DNA of 53,713 bases from a virus. This document shows, in pieces, positions 52,244 to 53,713 of this stretch (position 1 is its first letter; each line of letters begins with the position of its first letter). The notes under the pieces are model-generated. The model did no database searches, was not told the DNA's origin, and saw only the letters and a list, made by a program, of their open reading frames with translations. The stretch is from IMG/VR virus record IMGVR_UViG_3300012200_000003, positions 1 to 53,713 of that record, one strand, 5' to 3'. A program made the position numbers and the translations under genes.

Positions 52244-52638
52244 AAAATATAAAACCCTCAAAACTAATAGAATTAGCTTTAAAAGATTTAGAAACTGTAG
52301 AAAGTATGCCAGAAATTTATGAAATTTCTATGAATGTGTTTCATGAAAATCATAATAAAAAATGTTTTATTTGCTTAGCTGGTGCTGTTATGGCAATTAC
52401 ATTACATGCAGATAAAAATAAAACATTAAATACAGGATATTTTCCAGAGCAGCAGCATTTACTTCGTGCTCTTAATATGTTTAGAGTAGGTGCTATAGAA
52501 AGTGGATTTCTAGAAATGGGAATACCACTTAATAATTTAAAATCTTCTTTATATGTAACACCTTATCATATAAATCCTATACAATTTAAAATAGATATGA
52601 AAAATATGACATTCTATTTAAAAGAAAATAATTTATGA
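52240..52638 (+). CDS. Hypothetical protein (132 aa)
   Basis: ATGA coupling. Confidence 0.5.
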   Translation: MKNIKPSKLIELALKDLETVESMPEIYEISMNVFHENHNKKCFICLAGAVMAITLHADKNKTLNTGYFPEQQHLLRALNMFRVGAIESGFLEMGIPLNNLKSSLYVTPYHINPIQFKIDMKNMTFYLKENNL

Positions 52639-52844
52639 AAATAGGAGAGTTAAAAGATCAAATAAAAGATTTTAAACCATTCACAATTTATATGACAGAC
52701 GGATTTCAGATTCATATTCCCCATATAGATTACATTTATTTTCCACCAATAGGAAGAAGTTTTGTTGTTATTGGCCCTAATGGTGGGGTTCATGTTCTAG
52801 CTTCTGAACATGTAACAAGAACAGATCATGGAAATATAGAATAA
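52635..52844 (+). CDS. Small beta-rich protein, paralogue family member 5 of 5
   Basis: FKPFTIYMTDGFQIHIPHIDYIYFPP matches the family pattern. Confidence 0.6.
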   Translation: MKIGELKDQIKDFKPFTIYMTDGFQIHIPHIDYIYFPPIGRSFVVIGPNGGVHVLASEHVTRTDHGNIE

Positions 52845-52906
52845 ACAATTTCTCTCTTATAAAAATAGAGAGGAAAACAAAACAAAAAAACTAAAACCAA
52901 AAACAT

Positions 52907-53461
52907 ATGTTAACTAAATCAAATAAACCTAAATTAGCTGTCCCACCTGCGTTCAAGAATCGTTGTGTAATTCGCTGCACAGATGTTAAATTTGGGCCTA
53001 ATTCTAATGATGCTCCAATGATAACAGCAAATTGGGAACTTTTAGGTATCCCAAATAGCACTGGGAGTATTGATACTAAAATGGAAAGAAACGGCCAGGA
53101 ATATCAACTTGCTGGATTGAGACTTAAAACTACTTATTTCACCCTAACACAAAAAGCAGTAGATGGCTTTTATGCTGAGTTTTGGACTAAAGCAAATGGA
53201 GAGGAATTCAAAGGAGTAGATGAAACAAATCCAGATATTAAGTTCTTTGATTCTTTATGTATGGAAGCTATAGTTCAAGGTTTAACTATAGTAGAGAGAA
53301 AACAATTAACAGAAGAAGAAAAAGAAGAAAAGATTGCTAAGGGTGAACAACCTATTGGTGATCCAATCACTGATAGTGATGGTGAAGAAATAACTAGGAC
53401 TATGTTAACTCAAACTATGTGGCTAAAGAGATATACTGGTGAAGTTCCGCATCCATTCTAA
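52907..53461 (+). CDS. Possible T7 gp2.5-like single-stranded DNA-binding protein
   Basis: Acidic C-terminal region ending in an aromatic residue (..GEVPHPF). Higher G+C. Located beside the Sak4-like ATPase and the nuclease. No motif-level proof. Confidence 0.4.
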   Translation: MLTKSNKPKLAVPPAFKNRCVIRCTDVKFGPNSNDAPMITANWELLGIPNSTGSIDTKMERNGQEYQLAGLRLKTTYFTLTQKAVDGFYAEFWTKANGEEFKGVDETNPDIKFFDSLCMEAIVQGLTIVERKQLTEEEKEEKIAKGEQPIGDPITDSDGEEITRTMLTQTMWLKRYTGEVPHPF

Positions 53462-53551
53462 ATAATTCCGCACTAGTCCGGTTAAATAGGCTAGCAACAT
53501 GCTAAATGGTGGATTTAATATCCACAAGACCTAATAATAGGTCCAAAAATC

Positions 53552-53583
53552 CTGGTTGCTGAAATAATGCAACCAGACATTTT
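53552..53583 (+). terminator. Hairpin / possible terminator after the SSB-like gene
   Basis: CTGGTTGC-N9-GCAACCAG followed by ACATTTT (short T run). Confidence 0.35.
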
Positions 53584-53590
53584 GGAAGAT

Positions 53591-53713
53591 AGCCATGATG
53601 AAACATATAAGTAATCCACATTCAAGTTGTAACTTGTGCATTATAAACTTTACAACAACTATAATGGTGGCAATTCTTCCTTCTTTATAAGTACGACAAG
53701 CACTTTAAAGTTA
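53591..53713. repeat. Terminal direct repeat, copy 2 (identical to 1..123)
   Basis: Same 123-nt string as 1..123. Confidence 0.95.

Noticed and set aside
1-53713. Temperate lifestyle markers (integrase, repressor/Cro pair, attP) and defence or anti-defence systems of known type (RM, TA, retron, CBASS, Acr with Aca)
   Set aside because: No ORF showed integrase or recombinase catalytic motifs, methyltransferase motifs or other recognisable signatures. Many small ORFs remain uncharacterised, so the absence is provisional.

Overview
The window is a complete or near-complete tailed-phage genome, strongly AT-rich (roughly 30% G+C by eye). The two ends carry an identical 123-bp direct repeat (1..123 = 53591..53713), so the unique length is 53,590 bp.

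**Layout.** Two divergent transcription arms leave a ~0.8-kb non-coding hub at 36259..37043.
- The leftward (minus) arm runs 36258 -> 7076. It carries an HTH protein, homing-endonuclease-like genes, large terminase, portal, scaffold, major capsid, fibre-like proteins, a lysis cassette, tail proteins and a 1771-aa giant virion protein.
- The rightward (plus) arm runs 37044 -> 53461 and continues through the repeat into 144 -> 7084. It carries many small early genes, an SNF2-type helicase, ATP-dependent DNA ligase, a sigma-54 activator, a Cas4-like nuclease, a Sak4-like ATPase, an SSB-like protein, a split family-A DNA polymerase, a P-loop NTPase and ThyX.
- The arms converge with a 9-nt overlap at 7076..7084.
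- The gene order looks podovirus-like: I see no sheath or tape-measure module, and the giant protein sits at the end of the structural arm.

**Not recognised:** phage RNA polymerase, integrase, tRNA, CRISPR array, obvious primase, obvious endolysin.

**Most unusual features.**
1. A phage-encoded minimal sigma-54 enhancer-binding-protein homologue with an AAA+ core only and no HTH (46903..47745). It comes with at least seven intergenic -24/-12 promoters (TGGCAC-N5-xTGC) that head both arms, the capsid gene and an orphan non-coding region.
2. About 2.5 kb of clustered non-coding DNA between 34.7 and 38.7 kb. This includes four end-to-end long hairpin domains (34753..35147), repeat arrays between divergent promoters, and a (TA)n plus iteron region that may be an origin.
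3. A family-A DNA polymerase split into two ORFs by six small genes.
4. A five-member family of ~68-aa paralogues scattered next to core genes.

All calls come from reading the sequence and translations by eye. No database search was run.
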